64,000 bases of DNA, taken from positions 32,001 to 96,000 of the forward strand of contig JBILLK010000028.1 in assembly GCA_044376115.1 (NCBI GenBank), read 5' to 3'. The notes beneath the pieces were generated by a model. It had not been told where the DNA came from, did no database searches, and was given only the letters and a program-made list of their open reading frames with translations. A program made the position numbers and the translations under genes. Source of the stretch: Polyangiaceae bacterium (lineage in GTDB: Bacteria; Myxococcota_A; Polyangia; Polyangiales; Polyangiaceae). Positions 30,505 to 39,774 of the stretch are shown in pieces. Numbering within the stretch: the first letter of the stretch is position 1; every line of letters begins with the position of its first letter.

Positions 30505-32247
30505 TCAGATGAATTGACCGACGTCGACCATCGACTCGGCGCGCTTGGCCTCTTCACGTTGGCTGTCTTCGGGTAGCGGGAACCAGCGCAGCCCTTCGAA
30601 CTCGGTGGCGGGCTTGCTGCGGTCGTACTCGCGCGCACGATGCGACCCGCGCTCGAGAATCTGCCGGCCAGCCTCGAGGTGCCGTTCGAGCGACGCTTCC
30701 GGTTCACGCGAGTGAGAGGAGCGGTGCTCGAGCTTGCCCGCCCGATAGCTGATGTCGACCAAGCGCATCGGCGGCTCACGGTTGCCCTCGACGTGACGCC
30801 ACAACCCGGTGCGCGGCTCGAAGTTGTAGTCGGGCAAAAGCCGATGGCCGAACTGCGCGACGAGGTGCACGGCCTCGAGGATGAATTGAAAGGAGGCCTC
30901 GGAGATGAAGTAGTTGAAGTTCACCCGCACCCAGCCCGGCTTTACTCCCTCACAACCGCGCATGATCTGCTGCTCGAACTCTTTGGAGCGCGCCAGATCG
31001 ATCCCGAGCAAGCGGTGGCCGTAGGGGCCGGCGCAGGAGCAGCCGCTGCGAGCCTGAATACCGAAAAGATCGTTGAGCAGGGCCGCGACGAAGTTGTGAT
31101 GCAACATGCGGGTGCCGTGCCGCACCACGAAGGAGACGATCGAGAGCCGCCAAGAATCTCGGTTACCCAAGATCTGCAGGTTGGGGTTCTTCTCCCAGCT
31201 CTCGATCGCTCGCACGATGAAATCATGCTCGCGCTCGCGGATGACCTCGGTGCCGACGGCCTCCTTCAACTGAAACACCAGGCCCGCGCGGATCGACTCG
31301 ATGATGGCGGGCGTTCCGCCCTCTTCACGATGCTCGGGATCCTCGAGGTAGCGATGCTCCTTGGGGTTGACGTACGCCACGGTGCCGCCTCCCGGTTGAG
31401 CTGGCACCTGATTGCGAAAGAGCTTCCGTTTGGCGATCAGCACGCCTGGCGTACCGGGGCCGCCGATGAATTTGTGCGGCGATAGGAAGACCGCGTCCTT
31501 GTAGAGGAGATGGCCGTCGGGCTGATCATCCTTCATGTTCATCTCGATCTTCACGTACGGACCGGCGGCGGCGAAGTCCCAGAATGAGAGCGCGCCGTGT
31601 CGGTGCAACAGCGCCGAGACGGCACGCGTATTGGTGCCGATACCGGTCACATTGGAGGCCGCCGAGAAGCTACCGATCTTGAGCGGCCGCGAGGCGTAGC
31701 GCAGCAGCTCGGCCTCGAGCTCGGCTAGATCGATCTTGCCGTCAGGCGCTTCGTCGATCGTCACCACGTCGGCGATCGTCTCGCGCCAAGTGACCTCGTT
31801 GGAGTGATGTTCGTACGGACCGATGAACACCACCGGTCGCTCGTCCTCCGGGATGCGGTCCATAAGGTGGTAACGCCGTGAAAGCTCGGCCGGCAGCCGC
31901 AGGTTCATCACGTCGATCAGCTTGTTGATCGCTCCAGTGGCGCCCGAGCCGGCGAAGATCACTACGTCGCGATCGTCTGCGCCGACCGCTTCACGAATGA
32001 TCCTGCGCGCATCGTCGCGATAACGCGTCGTCTGCAGGCCGGTGCCGGAGGACTCGGTGTGCGTATTCGCGTAGAGCGGCATCACCTCCTCGCGAATGAA
32101 CTCCTCGATGAAGCTCAGCGACCGGCCGGAGGCGGTGTAGTCCGCGTAGGTGACGCGACGCCGCCCATACGGACCAACGATGGCTTGATCCTCACCGATG
32201 ATGCTTGCGCGGATGTACTCGATGAGTGATTCCGCTCGGTCTTTCAT
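30505..32247 (-). CDS. Aminotransferase class V (cysteine desulfurase-like) PLP enzyme
   Basis: YADYTASGR, PYEHHSN, WDFAA, SPHKFIGG (PLP Lys), REEGGTP, RSGCSCAGPYG. Confidence 0.93.
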   Translation of the reverse strand: MKDRAESLIEYIRASIIGEDQAIVGPYGRRRVTYADYTASGRSLSFIEEFIREEVMPLYANTHTESSGTGLQTTRYRDDARRIIREAVGADDRDVVIFAGSGATGAINKLIDVMNLRLPAELSRRYHLMDRIPEDERPVVFIGPYEHHSNEVTWRETIADVVTIDEAPDGKIDLAELEAELLRYASRPLKIGSFSAASNVTGIGTNTRAVSALLHRHGALSFWDFAAAGPYVKIEMNMKDDQPDGHLLYKDAVFLSPHKFIGGPGTPGVLIAKRKLFRNQVPAQPGGGTVAYVNPKEHRYLEDPEHREEGGTPAIIESIRAGLVFQLKEAVGTEVIREREHDFIVRAIESWEKNPNLQILGNRDSWRLSIVSFVVRHGTRMLHHNFVAALLNDLFGIQARSGCSCAGPYGHRLLGIDLARSKEFEQQIMRGCEGVKPGWVRVNFNYFISEASFQFILEAVHLVAQFGHRLLPDYNFEPRTGLWRHVEGNREPPMRLVDISYRAGKLEHRSSHSREPEASLERHLEAGRQILERGSHRAREYDRSKPATEFEGLRWFPLPEDSQREEAKRAESMVDVGQFI

Positions 32248-32265
32248 GCCCTCATCGTACAGCCC

Positions 32266-32739
32266 TCAGAGGTGGCGGTGGGCCATTCGTTTCTTGGTCG
32301 TATCTGCACTGAGCGCGACCAAAAGGCTGAACAAGCGTCGGCGGTGCTCATGGTCGGCGTTGAGGGTAGGAAGCAGTTCGGCCAGCAGATTGGCCGCGGC
32401 GTCGTGCACCACTCGTTTGGCCATATCGAGCACCTCGGCGCGTTGCATCGGGAGGTAGTCGTCGTCGAGCATCTCGATCACGGCCAGGTACTCTTTGAGT
32501 TGGGGACTCAAGCGATGCCGATCGATTCGGTGCTCCTCGGTGCTGCCGCTCGCGCGCAGGATGAAGGCGTCCTCCTCCGCGTGAAGCAGCAGCTCGTCGG
32601 CTGCGAGTTCCGGGAAGAAGCGGTCATCCGCTGGGCGGTCTGCGCACAGATCCCGCGCTAGAACTTCCCACTCGCGCCTGCGAGCCTCGTGGGCGCGCTC
32701 GGCCACGCGCGGATCGACTCGAATCAACTGGGTCGGCAT
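32266..32739 (-). CDS. UPF0262-like protein
   Basis: EVLDMAKRVVHD...D....RRLFSLL pattern recalled from UPF0262. Confidence 0.65.
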   Translation of the reverse strand: MPTQLIRVDPRVAERAHEARRREWEVLARDLCADRPADDRFFPELAADELLLHAEEDAFILRASGSTEEHRIDRHRLSPQLKEYLAVIEMLDDDYLPMQRAEVLDMAKRVVHDAAANLLAELLPTLNADHEHRRRLFSLLVALSADTTKKRMAHRHL

Positions 32740-32790
32740 GCGCGAAGTAGAGCACAGCCCTTGGCGGCACCAAGCCCGTGAGGGCGTTGG

Positions 32791-33414
32791 TTAGAACTTC
32801 ACCTCGAGCGCGGCCGACGTGGTGGTGACGGTGAAGGAGACGGCAGGCGACGGATCCTCCGGGGTTGCGCCGACGATCAACAGCGGCAACCCAGCGAGCA
32901 AGAACGCACCGCCGGAGATCATCGCAATCGTGCCGCCAACCTTCTGGTTCACCTCCCCCTGGCAAGCTGCGATGTCCGCGTCCGACGGGATCGAGGAAGC
33001 CGAATCCGCGGCGGAGTCAGCAGCCGAAGCGGCCTCCGCCGCAGCTAGCAGGGCGTCACACGCCGCTGTGTCTTGACCGAACAAGTAGCCGCCCGCAATG
33101 AGCCCACCAGCGCCGGCCAAGCTCATGAAAGAACCGAGCACGATCAAACCCGGGCTTTGCGGCCCACCCGATACAGGCGCCGGCGGCATCTCCACGACGG
33201 GCACGTTGGCCCAAGGTGGTTGGGCTTGTGCGACGGGGGCTTGGTAGTAGCCGGTTCCAACCGGCAAACCGCTGTTGGGATCAATCGCTGGGCCTGCGTA
33301 AGGAGCGCTTGCGGTGGGACTACCAAAGGCCTGCGCGTTGACCTCTTGTGCACTCAGCTCATGGTTGCCGAGCAGAGTGACAGTGAGAGCTACAATCGAG
33401 GCTTGAACGCGCAT
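32791..33414 (-). CDS. Secreted/membrane hypothetical protein
   Basis: Signal peptide, Pro-rich segment, two hydrophobic helices, C-terminal Phe. Confidence 0.7.
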   Translation of the reverse strand: MRVQASIVALTVTLLGNHELSAQEVNAQAFGSPTASAPYAGPAIDPNSGLPVGTGYYQAPVAQAQPPWANVPVVEMPPAPVSGGPQSPGLIVLGSFMSLAGAGGLIAGGYLFGQDTAACDALLAAAEAASAADSAADSASSIPSDADIAACQGEVNQKVGGTIAMISGGAFLLAGLPLLIVGATPEDPSPAVSFTVTTTSAALEVKF

Positions 33415-33426
33415 GGTGGATTGCTC

Positions 33427-33442
33427 TGCGAAATCAGTGCCA
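33427..33442 (-). promoter_or_regulatory. Putative sigma54 -24/-12 promoter
   Basis: TGGCACTGATTTCGCA on the minus strand just upstream of ATG 33414. Confidence 0.55.
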
Positions 33443-33666
33443 GATTATTGACACCCTCATTGCGGTTGGGATTGCTGATCTTCGTTGCAGCGGTGCTGGA
33501 GAAATTCACAAGAAAACAGGCACCTGGATCGCTAAGGATGGACAGCCGCGACTTCGGCTCGAGCCCGTTTGCAATCTCAGCTTGAGAATGTCTCGTAAAT
33601 CTGTCTCAGATCCGATCATCCGCTCATGGGTCGCATGCAATGTGCCGCTTGTATGCGAGAGCCGCC

Positions 33667-34344
33667 ATGACTGCGCAAGCGACAGACTCGATTGAGGAGA
33701 CCCTGCGCGACGCGTTGCGCATTCGCAAATCCGTGGCGGATCTCGAGCGGTATTCGGGAGCAGTAGGGCTGTTGGCGGTCAACGCGAAGATCTCGGCTGC
33801 GAAGCTCGGGATCCGTGGACGGCCCTTCAAGGCGCTCACTCACGAGATCACCAAGACCTCCTTCAACCTCAACGTGATCGTCGATCAGATTCGTGAGCTG
33901 ACGCACCGGCTTACTTGCAGCATGGCGAAGTCACTTCAGCTTGCGCACCGCAGCCGCGTCATGGGCGAAGCTGCTGCTCTTTGCGGCCCCAACTCCAGCG
34001 CCAGAGCCTCCCTCGCGCACGCCCATGAGCAAGGCCAACTGGAGCTCCGCGCCGAGAACGCTCGCTACCCAAAGATGATCCGTGAGCTGCGTATGATCGC
34101 TGAGGAGCTCGCGAACGCCCTCCGCATCCTGGAGTACGTCAAGACCGGGCTGCTGGTGGAGAGCTCTCATCTTGCTCGCAACCGCATTCACAACCCGTTC
34201 CTCTACCTTGCGACAGAGCTGGACGAGGCAACGGCGAGCATCAGGCAAATCAGCGAGCGCGTCGTCGGGTCTTGCGCGAAAAAACCAAACCAACTCGGTG
34301 CTCCCAACCGTTCAGCCGGAGCCCAGCAGTATGCTGTCGCGTGA
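33667..34344 (+). CDS. Small soluble MCP-signalling-domain-like protein (alternative ATG 33640)
   Basis: LLAVNAKISAAKLGIRGRPFKALTHEI resembles the MCP hairpin tip LLALNAAIEAARAGE.GRGFAVVA.EV; no TM segment. Confidence 0.7.
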   Translation: MTAQATDSIEETLRDALRIRKSVADLERYSGAVGLLAVNAKISAAKLGIRGRPFKALTHEITKTSFNLNVIVDQIRELTHRLTCSMAKSLQLAHRSRVMGEAAALCGPNSSARASLAHAHEQGQLELRAENARYPKMIRELRMIAEELANALRILEYVKTGLLVESSHLARNRIHNPFLYLATELDEATASIRQISERVVGSCAKKPNQLGAPNRSAGAQQYAVA

Positions 34345-35071
34345 ACTGTACGCCGACGATTCAGTGAAGTGGTTCGTGTTTGGCCGGGACCCGGCCAAGC
34401 CAGACTCGGTGATCGATACCAATGAGTATCTGATCGTCTCCGGTGACAGCGCCGTCTTGCTCGACCCGGGCGGAACCGAGATCTTCCCAGAGGTCGTGAG
34501 CGCCGTGAGCGACGTCGTCGCGATCGACAAGATCAAGGTCATCTTCGGTTCGCACCAAGATCCGGACATCCTCTCCTCGCTCTCGCTGTGGCTCAACTTG
34601 GTGCCGGAGGTGAAGGTGTACGTGCCCTGGGTGTGGACAGGCTTCATCACCCACTTTGGCTGCAGCGCCGAACAGCTGGTCGGCGTACCCGACGCGGGTT
34701 GCTCGATCGAGCTATCGCCAAACCATCGGCTCGAGCTGGTCCCAGCGCACTACCTGCACTCGTCGGGCAACCTTCACCTTTACGATCCGCGCGCCAAGAT
34801 CCTGTTCTCGGGGGATGTCGGCGCAGGGCTCTTGCCTGCCAATGAGACCGCCTTGTTCGTCGAGGACTTCCCACGGCACACGCGCTTCATGGAGACCTTC
34901 CATCGACGCTGGATGCCGTCCGACCGCGCTCGCGACGTTTGGCTCGAGCGGGTGCGCAAGCTCGATATCAACCTGCTCTGTCCACAACACGGCTCGATCT
35001 TTCGGCGGCCGGACGTACCGCGTTTCTTCGACTGGTTCGGCGGGCTGAAGCTGGGCTCGGCCTTGGCGTGA
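34331..35071 (+). CDS. ODP (oxygen-binding di-iron protein)/FprA-like MBL-fold protein
   Basis: DTNEYLI, LDPGG, SHQDPD, AHYLHSSGN, LFSGDVG, FHRRWMPS, CPQHG; no flavodoxin domain. Confidence 0.88.
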   Translation: MLSRELYADDSVKWFVFGRDPAKPDSVIDTNEYLIVSGDSAVLLDPGGTEIFPEVVSAVSDVVAIDKIKVIFGSHQDPDILSSLSLWLNLVPEVKVYVPWVWTGFITHFGCSAEQLVGVPDAGCSIELSPNHRLELVPAHYLHSSGNLHLYDPRAKILFSGDVGAGLLPANETALFVEDFPRHTRFMETFHRRWMPSDRARDVWLERVRKLDINLLCPQHGSIFRRPDVPRFFDWFGGLKLGSALA

Positions 35072-35088
35072 CGAGCACCTTGCTCGGC

Positions 35089-37311
35089 TCAGCGTCCGTG
35101 CCAGGAGAACTTGCGGTCTTTGGCGAAGAGCTGGGCGAGCACCCGCTCCACTTCGGCGCGCTTCACTTGATCGAGTTGGGCCAAGGTTCGCGCAGCATCG
35201 AGCTCGATGCGACTCTTCGGTTGGCCGCGCAAGCTCGCCGTTTGCAACTCGCGGGCGATCTCGGCGCGAACGAGGCCGCGAGCCGCCGTTAACTCGCTTT
35301 CACTGACGCCCTTCTCGAGCATGGTGCGCAGCGTTTGCTCGAGCTCGGCGTCCAGTTGCTGCACGCTGTGCGGTGCGTCGGGCGCGACCAAGAACCAGGC
35401 GATCGCCGCGTGCGGGGTGAACTCGAGGGCGCACAAAACGTTGCTCGTGAGCTTCTTCTGCACACGCAGCGTCTGCTGCACGCGACCGAGCTTGTTGTGG
35501 CACGCCAGTTCGAAGGCGAGTTGATAAGCCGCCTCCTCGGAGCGGCTCGGTGGTGGCGCCGCAAAGGCCAACAAGCTGCGCGTCCCACCCTCGAGTTCAA
35601 CGCTGGTCGAGCGGGGCAACGCTGCGCGCTCCTTGGGGGCGAACAAGCTGGCCATCGCCGCATCCAGCGCAGCAGCGTGGCTTTGCGCGTTGGGCCCACG
35701 CACGTTGACCATCACCTCGAACGCCCAGTTTGGTTCGGGCTGCAGAAACATATCGTCGGCGGGTTCGGTTGGCCCCACGAGCAAGAGGCCCGCATCGGGG
35801 TGGCCTTTGGGGAAGGCCCAGCTCGAGAGCGCCTCGAACGGTGCCGCCAAGCTGGTCTTTGCGTACAGCGCCTGACGCTTCTTGTTGAGCGGCTCGCGCA
35901 AGCTGGCCCGAGCAGCAGGCAACGCCGATGCAAGCTCGTCGCGCAGCTCGAGGAGCGACTTGTCCGGCGTCGCCTCGATCAACGGCCGCGCAGTGAGGCT
36001 AACCGCCTCACCCACGCGTGCCCGATTCTCGAGCGGGTTGTGAACGCTGAGCTCGGCCGAGAGCGTGGTGCTCGAGCTGGCCTTCTCATCGAAGCTCGCG
36101 AGCACGCCGCTCGGGAGCAAGAACTTCCCCGGCTTGAACGGCGCCGGCTTCAACTTGAAGCTGGGCTCGCTGCGGACCGCTGCCGACTCGGAGAGGGCCT
36201 TGACGACCACCGGCGCCGGGCTCGTGGGCGTCGCTTTTTTGCGCGGCTTCGTGGCCGATTCCGCAGGCGGCTCGAGCTTCGCTTGATCGCTCGAAAGCGC
36301 CGCGGGCAATGCCGCCAAGGTCTGCGCCAAGCGCTCGGGCGGCACAAAGATCAGCACGTCCGCTTCACCCGCCGGCACGCGATCCGTCAGCAGCTGCGGG
36401 TTCAGCTCTTGCAGCTCGCTGAGCGTCATCCCACCGACGCGCGCCACCGTGGACAGCCGCGCGCCGGGAGGAACGGCGATCTCGGCGAATTGAAGCGGGC
36501 TCGCGAGCATTGGCTCCTCGAGCGCCAGCGCCGCTCGATTGTGCGCCACGATCGCGAAGGCGTGAATCTGCGGCACGAAGTCGCGGGTCTCGGCCGGCAA
36601 CAGTTCACGTGCTGCCAGCTCGGCAAAGCTGACGGCTGCGCCTGCGCCGCGGTTCTCAGCGCTGCGACCTTTCTCGATCGCCGCGTCCACGCAACCTTCT
36701 CCGCAGTTGTAGGCCGCGAGCGCGAGATCCCAGGCCTGATAACGCTCGTGCAAGAAGCCCAAGTACGCCACCGCCGCCTCGGTCGAACGCGGAATGCTGC
36801 GGCGTTCGTCGAGCTCGCTGCCGACGATCAGCCCAAACCGCTCGGCCGTCTCGGGCATGAACTGGAACAGCCCCGCGGCGCCTTTCGGTGAGTTGGCCTG
36901 CGGGTTGAACGCGCTCTCGATCGCCGCCAGAAACAGCAGGTCCTCGGGGAAGCCGGCCTCTTGCAACGCCCGTACGATGTGCTCCGCAAAGCGCTGCGAA
37001 CGCCGATAGCGCGAGAGAAAGCTGTCACGACCTTTGGGCTGTTTGGCGAACTGCTCGACGTAGCGCAGGGTGCGTTTGGTGAGCGGTACCGGCAGATCGG
37101 AGAGGGTTGGCACCACCCCCGCGAGGTCGTGCTCAGGGTCCGAGAGGTCCTCGAGCAGCGCAAATTCGCCCGCGAGCGCTGGCACTTCCTCGACCGAACC
37201 GGCCGGCTCGACGGGCTCTTTTGGACTGGGCGGGGGCTCCGTTTCGCAGCCGATTGCAAGGCCAACCAGCATCAGCAGCTTTCGACCCGACCACGGTTTG
37301 GCTGCGCCCAT
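35089..37311 (-). CDS. MltD-like lytic transglycosylase lipoprotein fused to a degenerate M16 peptidase C-terminal domain
   Basis: LAAIESAFNP, GAAGLFQFMPETA, LALAAYNCGEG, ETRDFVP; LysM-like LQELNPQL; C-terminal GVSESEL..A and V...V..V...F pattern. Confidence 0.82.
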   Translation of the reverse strand: MGAAKPWSGRKLLMLVGLAIGCETEPPPSPKEPVEPAGSVEEVPALAGEFALLEDLSDPEHDLAGVVPTLSDLPVPLTKRTLRYVEQFAKQPKGRDSFLSRYRRSQRFAEHIVRALQEAGFPEDLLFLAAIESAFNPQANSPKGAAGLFQFMPETAERFGLIVGSELDERRSIPRSTEAAVAYLGFLHERYQAWDLALAAYNCGEGCVDAAIEKGRSAENRGAGAAVSFAELAARELLPAETRDFVPQIHAFAIVAHNRAALALEEPMLASPLQFAEIAVPPGARLSTVARVGGMTLSELQELNPQLLTDRVPAGEADVLIFVPPERLAQTLAALPAALSSDQAKLEPPAESATKPRKKATPTSPAPVVVKALSESAAVRSEPSFKLKPAPFKPGKFLLPSGVLASFDEKASSSTTLSAELSVHNPLENRARVGEAVSLTARPLIEATPDKSLLELRDELASALPAARASLREPLNKKRQALYAKTSLAAPFEALSSWAFPKGHPDAGLLLVGPTEPADDMFLQPEPNWAFEVMVNVRGPNAQSHAAALDAAMASLFAPKERAALPRSTSVELEGGTRSLLAFAAPPPSRSEEAAYQLAFELACHNKLGRVQQTLRVQKKLTSNVLCALEFTPHAAIAWFLVAPDAPHSVQQLDAELEQTLRTMLEKGVSESELTAARGLVRAEIARELQTASLRGQPKSRIELDAARTLAQLDQVKRAEVERVLAQLFAKDRKFSWHGR

Positions 37312-37473
37312 GCAAAGAGTTTCCGCGGGCCGAGCGGCTTACGCAAGCCCGAGGCACGAGTTGGTCACCCAGCCGATGTCGACGAATGGCCCGTGCCCCC
37401 TGGACATTGCGAAAGGGCGAGGCATAGTGTCCGTCCTCATCCGTTTTGGATGGCTGGGTTTTTTGGAGGCTGC

Positions 37474-37854
37474 ATGACCGCTCGGACGAAGCTCGAAGAG
37501 TTGACCAACTCCTGGTACGGGTTTGCCCTTGTCACCGCCCTGGTGAATCTCGTCGCGGGCGGCTTCGGCATCTTCCGCATGGTGTGGACGGCGCTTTCGC
37601 TCACGTTCTCACTCGCCGTCACCTACGCCATCGGCAAAGCGCTCTTGCGCAAGAGCCACATCGTTCGGTTCCTGCTGCTCGTCGCCTCGTCGCTCAGCAT
37701 GTTCTTCGGCTCGCTCGGTGTGCTGAAGCTCGTGCTCGGTTCCTGGTCGTTTGGCACCCTGTTTACGCTCGGCTTGTCGGTGGCCAGCGTTTTCATGTCC
37801 TTCCGCTCCTTCCGCACCCTGCGGGATTCGTCGGTTAAGGCGTACTTTGGCTGA
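37474..37854 (+). CDS. Small four-TM membrane protein
   Basis: GGAGG RBS; four hydrophobic segments; ends VKAYFG. Confidence 0.75.
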   Translation: MTARTKLEELTNSWYGFALVTALVNLVAGGFGIFRMVWTALSLTFSLAVTYAIGKALLRKSHIVRFLLLVASSLSMFFGSLGVLKLVLGSWSFGTLFTLGLSVASVFMSFRSFRTLRDSSVKAYFG

Positions 37855-37860
37855 GGTCGT

Positions 37861-39057
37861 CTGAAGCAAGAGCTTGGTGAGCCGAGGGCCGTTTGTCGGG
37901 AGTGCCTTCGGCCAGCCTCTGTGTGTTGGTGCGGCCAGGTCACCCGGCTCGACACCGAAACCCCGGTGCTGATCCTGCAACATCCGAAAGAGTCGCGCAT
38001 GCCGATCGGCACGGCGCGGATGGCGGCGCACGCGCTCGGCGCCGATTTGGTGGTGGGCGTCGTGGTGGAGGAAGACCCGGCGGTGCGCGCCGCGTTGGAG
38101 GACACGACGCGGCAGGCCGTCTTGCTTTGGCCGGAGAACGCCTCTGATTTGAGTGAGAGCGTGCCGGAAGGTCCGCTTCGCCTGGTGGTGGTGGACGGCA
38201 CTTGGGCGCTCGCCAAAAAGCTCGTTCGCGTCAACCCGAAGATCGCGGCCTTGCCGCGGGTGAGCTTCGTCCCGGCCCGTCCGAGTGAGTACCGCATTCG
38301 TCGCGAACCGAGCGGGGAGTGCGTCTCCACGCTGGAGGCCATCATGTACGCCTTGCGCGCGATCGAGCGAGGCAGCCGCTCGTTCGAGGAGCTGCTGACG
38401 CCCTTCCGCTTCATGGTGGACAAGCAGATCGAGCATCAGGGCAAAGTCGGGCACGGCCGCATCAAGCCCCCGCCGCGAGCGCGCAGAGTCTTTCGTTTGC
38501 CCACCGAACTGGGTGAAGCGGAGAACGTCGTGTTGGTGGTGGGCGAGGCCAACGCCTGGCCGTTCAAAGAGCCGCGCCGCGCTCAAGAGCCGGATGAGCT
38601 CGTGCACTGGGTGGCCATCCGCCCCCATGACGGCTCGGTCTTTCGCTGTGTGGTGCGCCCCGAGCGAGAGCTGTGCCCGCGCACACCGGGCCTTTTGGAG
38701 CTGAGCGAGAGCGAGATCGCCGCAGGCGTTTCACGCGCTGAGTTTGCTGCGCGCTGGGCCGAGTTTGCTAAGCCGAACGATGTGCTCGTCGGCTGGGGGC
38801 TCCATCCGCTCTCGCTGGTGAATGAGCAAGAGCGCGTGACGCAGCGTTTCGTCGATCTGCGGCTGCTCACCAAAGATTGGGCGAAGCAACGCACCGGAAC
38901 GGTGGAGGTCGTAGCGCGCGCGTTGGGCATCAGCGGTGAGCCGATAACGCCTGGCCGCGCCGGTCGCAGGCTTGGGCTGATGACGCGCGTGCTTGCTCAT
39001 CTGCAGTCGCAGCCCGGCTTCAAACGGCAGACCGCGCGCAAGGCCGCTACTCACTAA
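37861..39057 (+). CDS. DTW-domain protein (TapT-like tRNA aminocarboxypropyltransferase) with a degenerate exonuclease-like C-terminus; start uncertain (CTG 37861 proposed)
   Basis: CRECLRPASVCWC, ILQHPKE, VVDGTW..AKK, YRIRREP, STLEA motifs. Confidence 0.82.
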   Translation: MKQELGEPRAVCRECLRPASVCWCGQVTRLDTETPVLILQHPKESRMPIGTARMAAHALGADLVVGVVVEEDPAVRAALEDTTRQAVLLWPENASDLSESVPEGPLRLVVVDGTWALAKKLVRVNPKIAALPRVSFVPARPSEYRIRREPSGECVSTLEAIMYALRAIERGSRSFEELLTPFRFMVDKQIEHQGKVGHGRIKPPPRARRVFRLPTELGEAENVVLVVGEANAWPFKEPRRAQEPDELVHWVAIRPHDGSVFRCVVRPERELCPRTPGLLELSESEIAAGVSRAEFAARWAEFAKPNDVLVGWGLHPLSLVNEQERVTQRFVDLRLLTKDWAKQRTGTVEVVARALGISGEPITPGRAGRRLGLMTRVLAHLQSQPGFKRQTARKAATH

Positions 39058-39715
39058 CGGGCAATTGCAACGCCTCGGCGCGAGCGGCGCGCTTGCGCGA
39101 GAGCTCCACTCCGACCGCGTGAAAGCCGAGCGCGTTGGCCACGGCCAGCGTCGTGCCCACGCCGCAAAACGGATCGACGATGGTGGTGCACGCCGTCTCG
39201 CGGCGCACGAACTCACAGGCGATGCGACAGGCCTCGACGCCCATTCCGCGCGTCCACAACGTGCGTCCTTGCGCCGGAATCACGTCGGCCGTCGAACGAT
39301 CGACGCGCAATGGGAGCTCCTTCGAGAAGCAGAGCATGTGCGAATAGGCCGGCCTACCAAAGGTCACGGTGCTGGGCGGCGCACGACAGACAACCTTGTG
39401 CCAAAGCAGCCGGGCGCTCTCTTGCTGGGCTGCGCACTGCACCAAAAAACCCTTATCGACCCAGGCGCCCTCGGCCTTGATATCGGTCTGGAAAAAAATG
39501 GCCACGCTCTCTGGAGCTAGCCGCGCGAGACAAAGCCGCGCTGCGTTTTGAAACCAAAGCTTCCACGCGCTGAGGTCCTTGACCGGCAACTCGCTCACGT
39601 CGGGCATCGAGGTGATGATCGCGTGAGACGGGCCTAGCTCCACCGCCTCGAGCCAAGCGATGGCGTCTCCGTGATGCACGCTGCGCGTGGGCTTTGAGGG
39701 GTTCGCTTCAATCAC
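39047..39715 (-). CDS. SAM-dependent methyltransferase resembling N4/N6 DNA methylases
   Basis: GDAIAWL, ITSMPD, IVDPFCGVGTT, AVGVELS. Confidence 0.8.
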   Translation of the reverse strand: MIEANPSKPTRSVHHGDAIAWLEAVELGPSHAIITSMPDVSELPVKDLSAWKLWFQNAARLCLARLAPESVAIFFQTDIKAEGAWVDKGFLVQCAAQQESARLLWHKVVCRAPPSTVTFGRPAYSHMLCFSKELPLRVDRSTADVIPAQGRTLWTRGMGVEACRIACEFVRRETACTTIVDPFCGVGTTLAVANALGFHAVGVELSRKRAARAEALQLPVSE

Positions 39716-39774
39716 CGGCGGAGCTTAGGAGAGACCCTCGCGGCACGGTAGCTTGTGTGGAATGCTGCGGCCGT

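Noticed and set aside
30505..32247. Selenocysteine lyase linked to the Sec-GPx
   Set aside because: Generic class V PLP enzyme 8 kb away; nothing in the sequence indicates selenium specificity
37852..37854. Second selenocysteine codon joining the membrane protein and DTW gene
   Set aside because: Context (YFG*GRL) is not a redox motif and no comparable SECIS-like hairpin is evident; the upstream protein looks complete
39047..39715. Restriction-modification system
   Set aside because: No endonuclease or specificity gene nearby, and the catalytic motif is atypical
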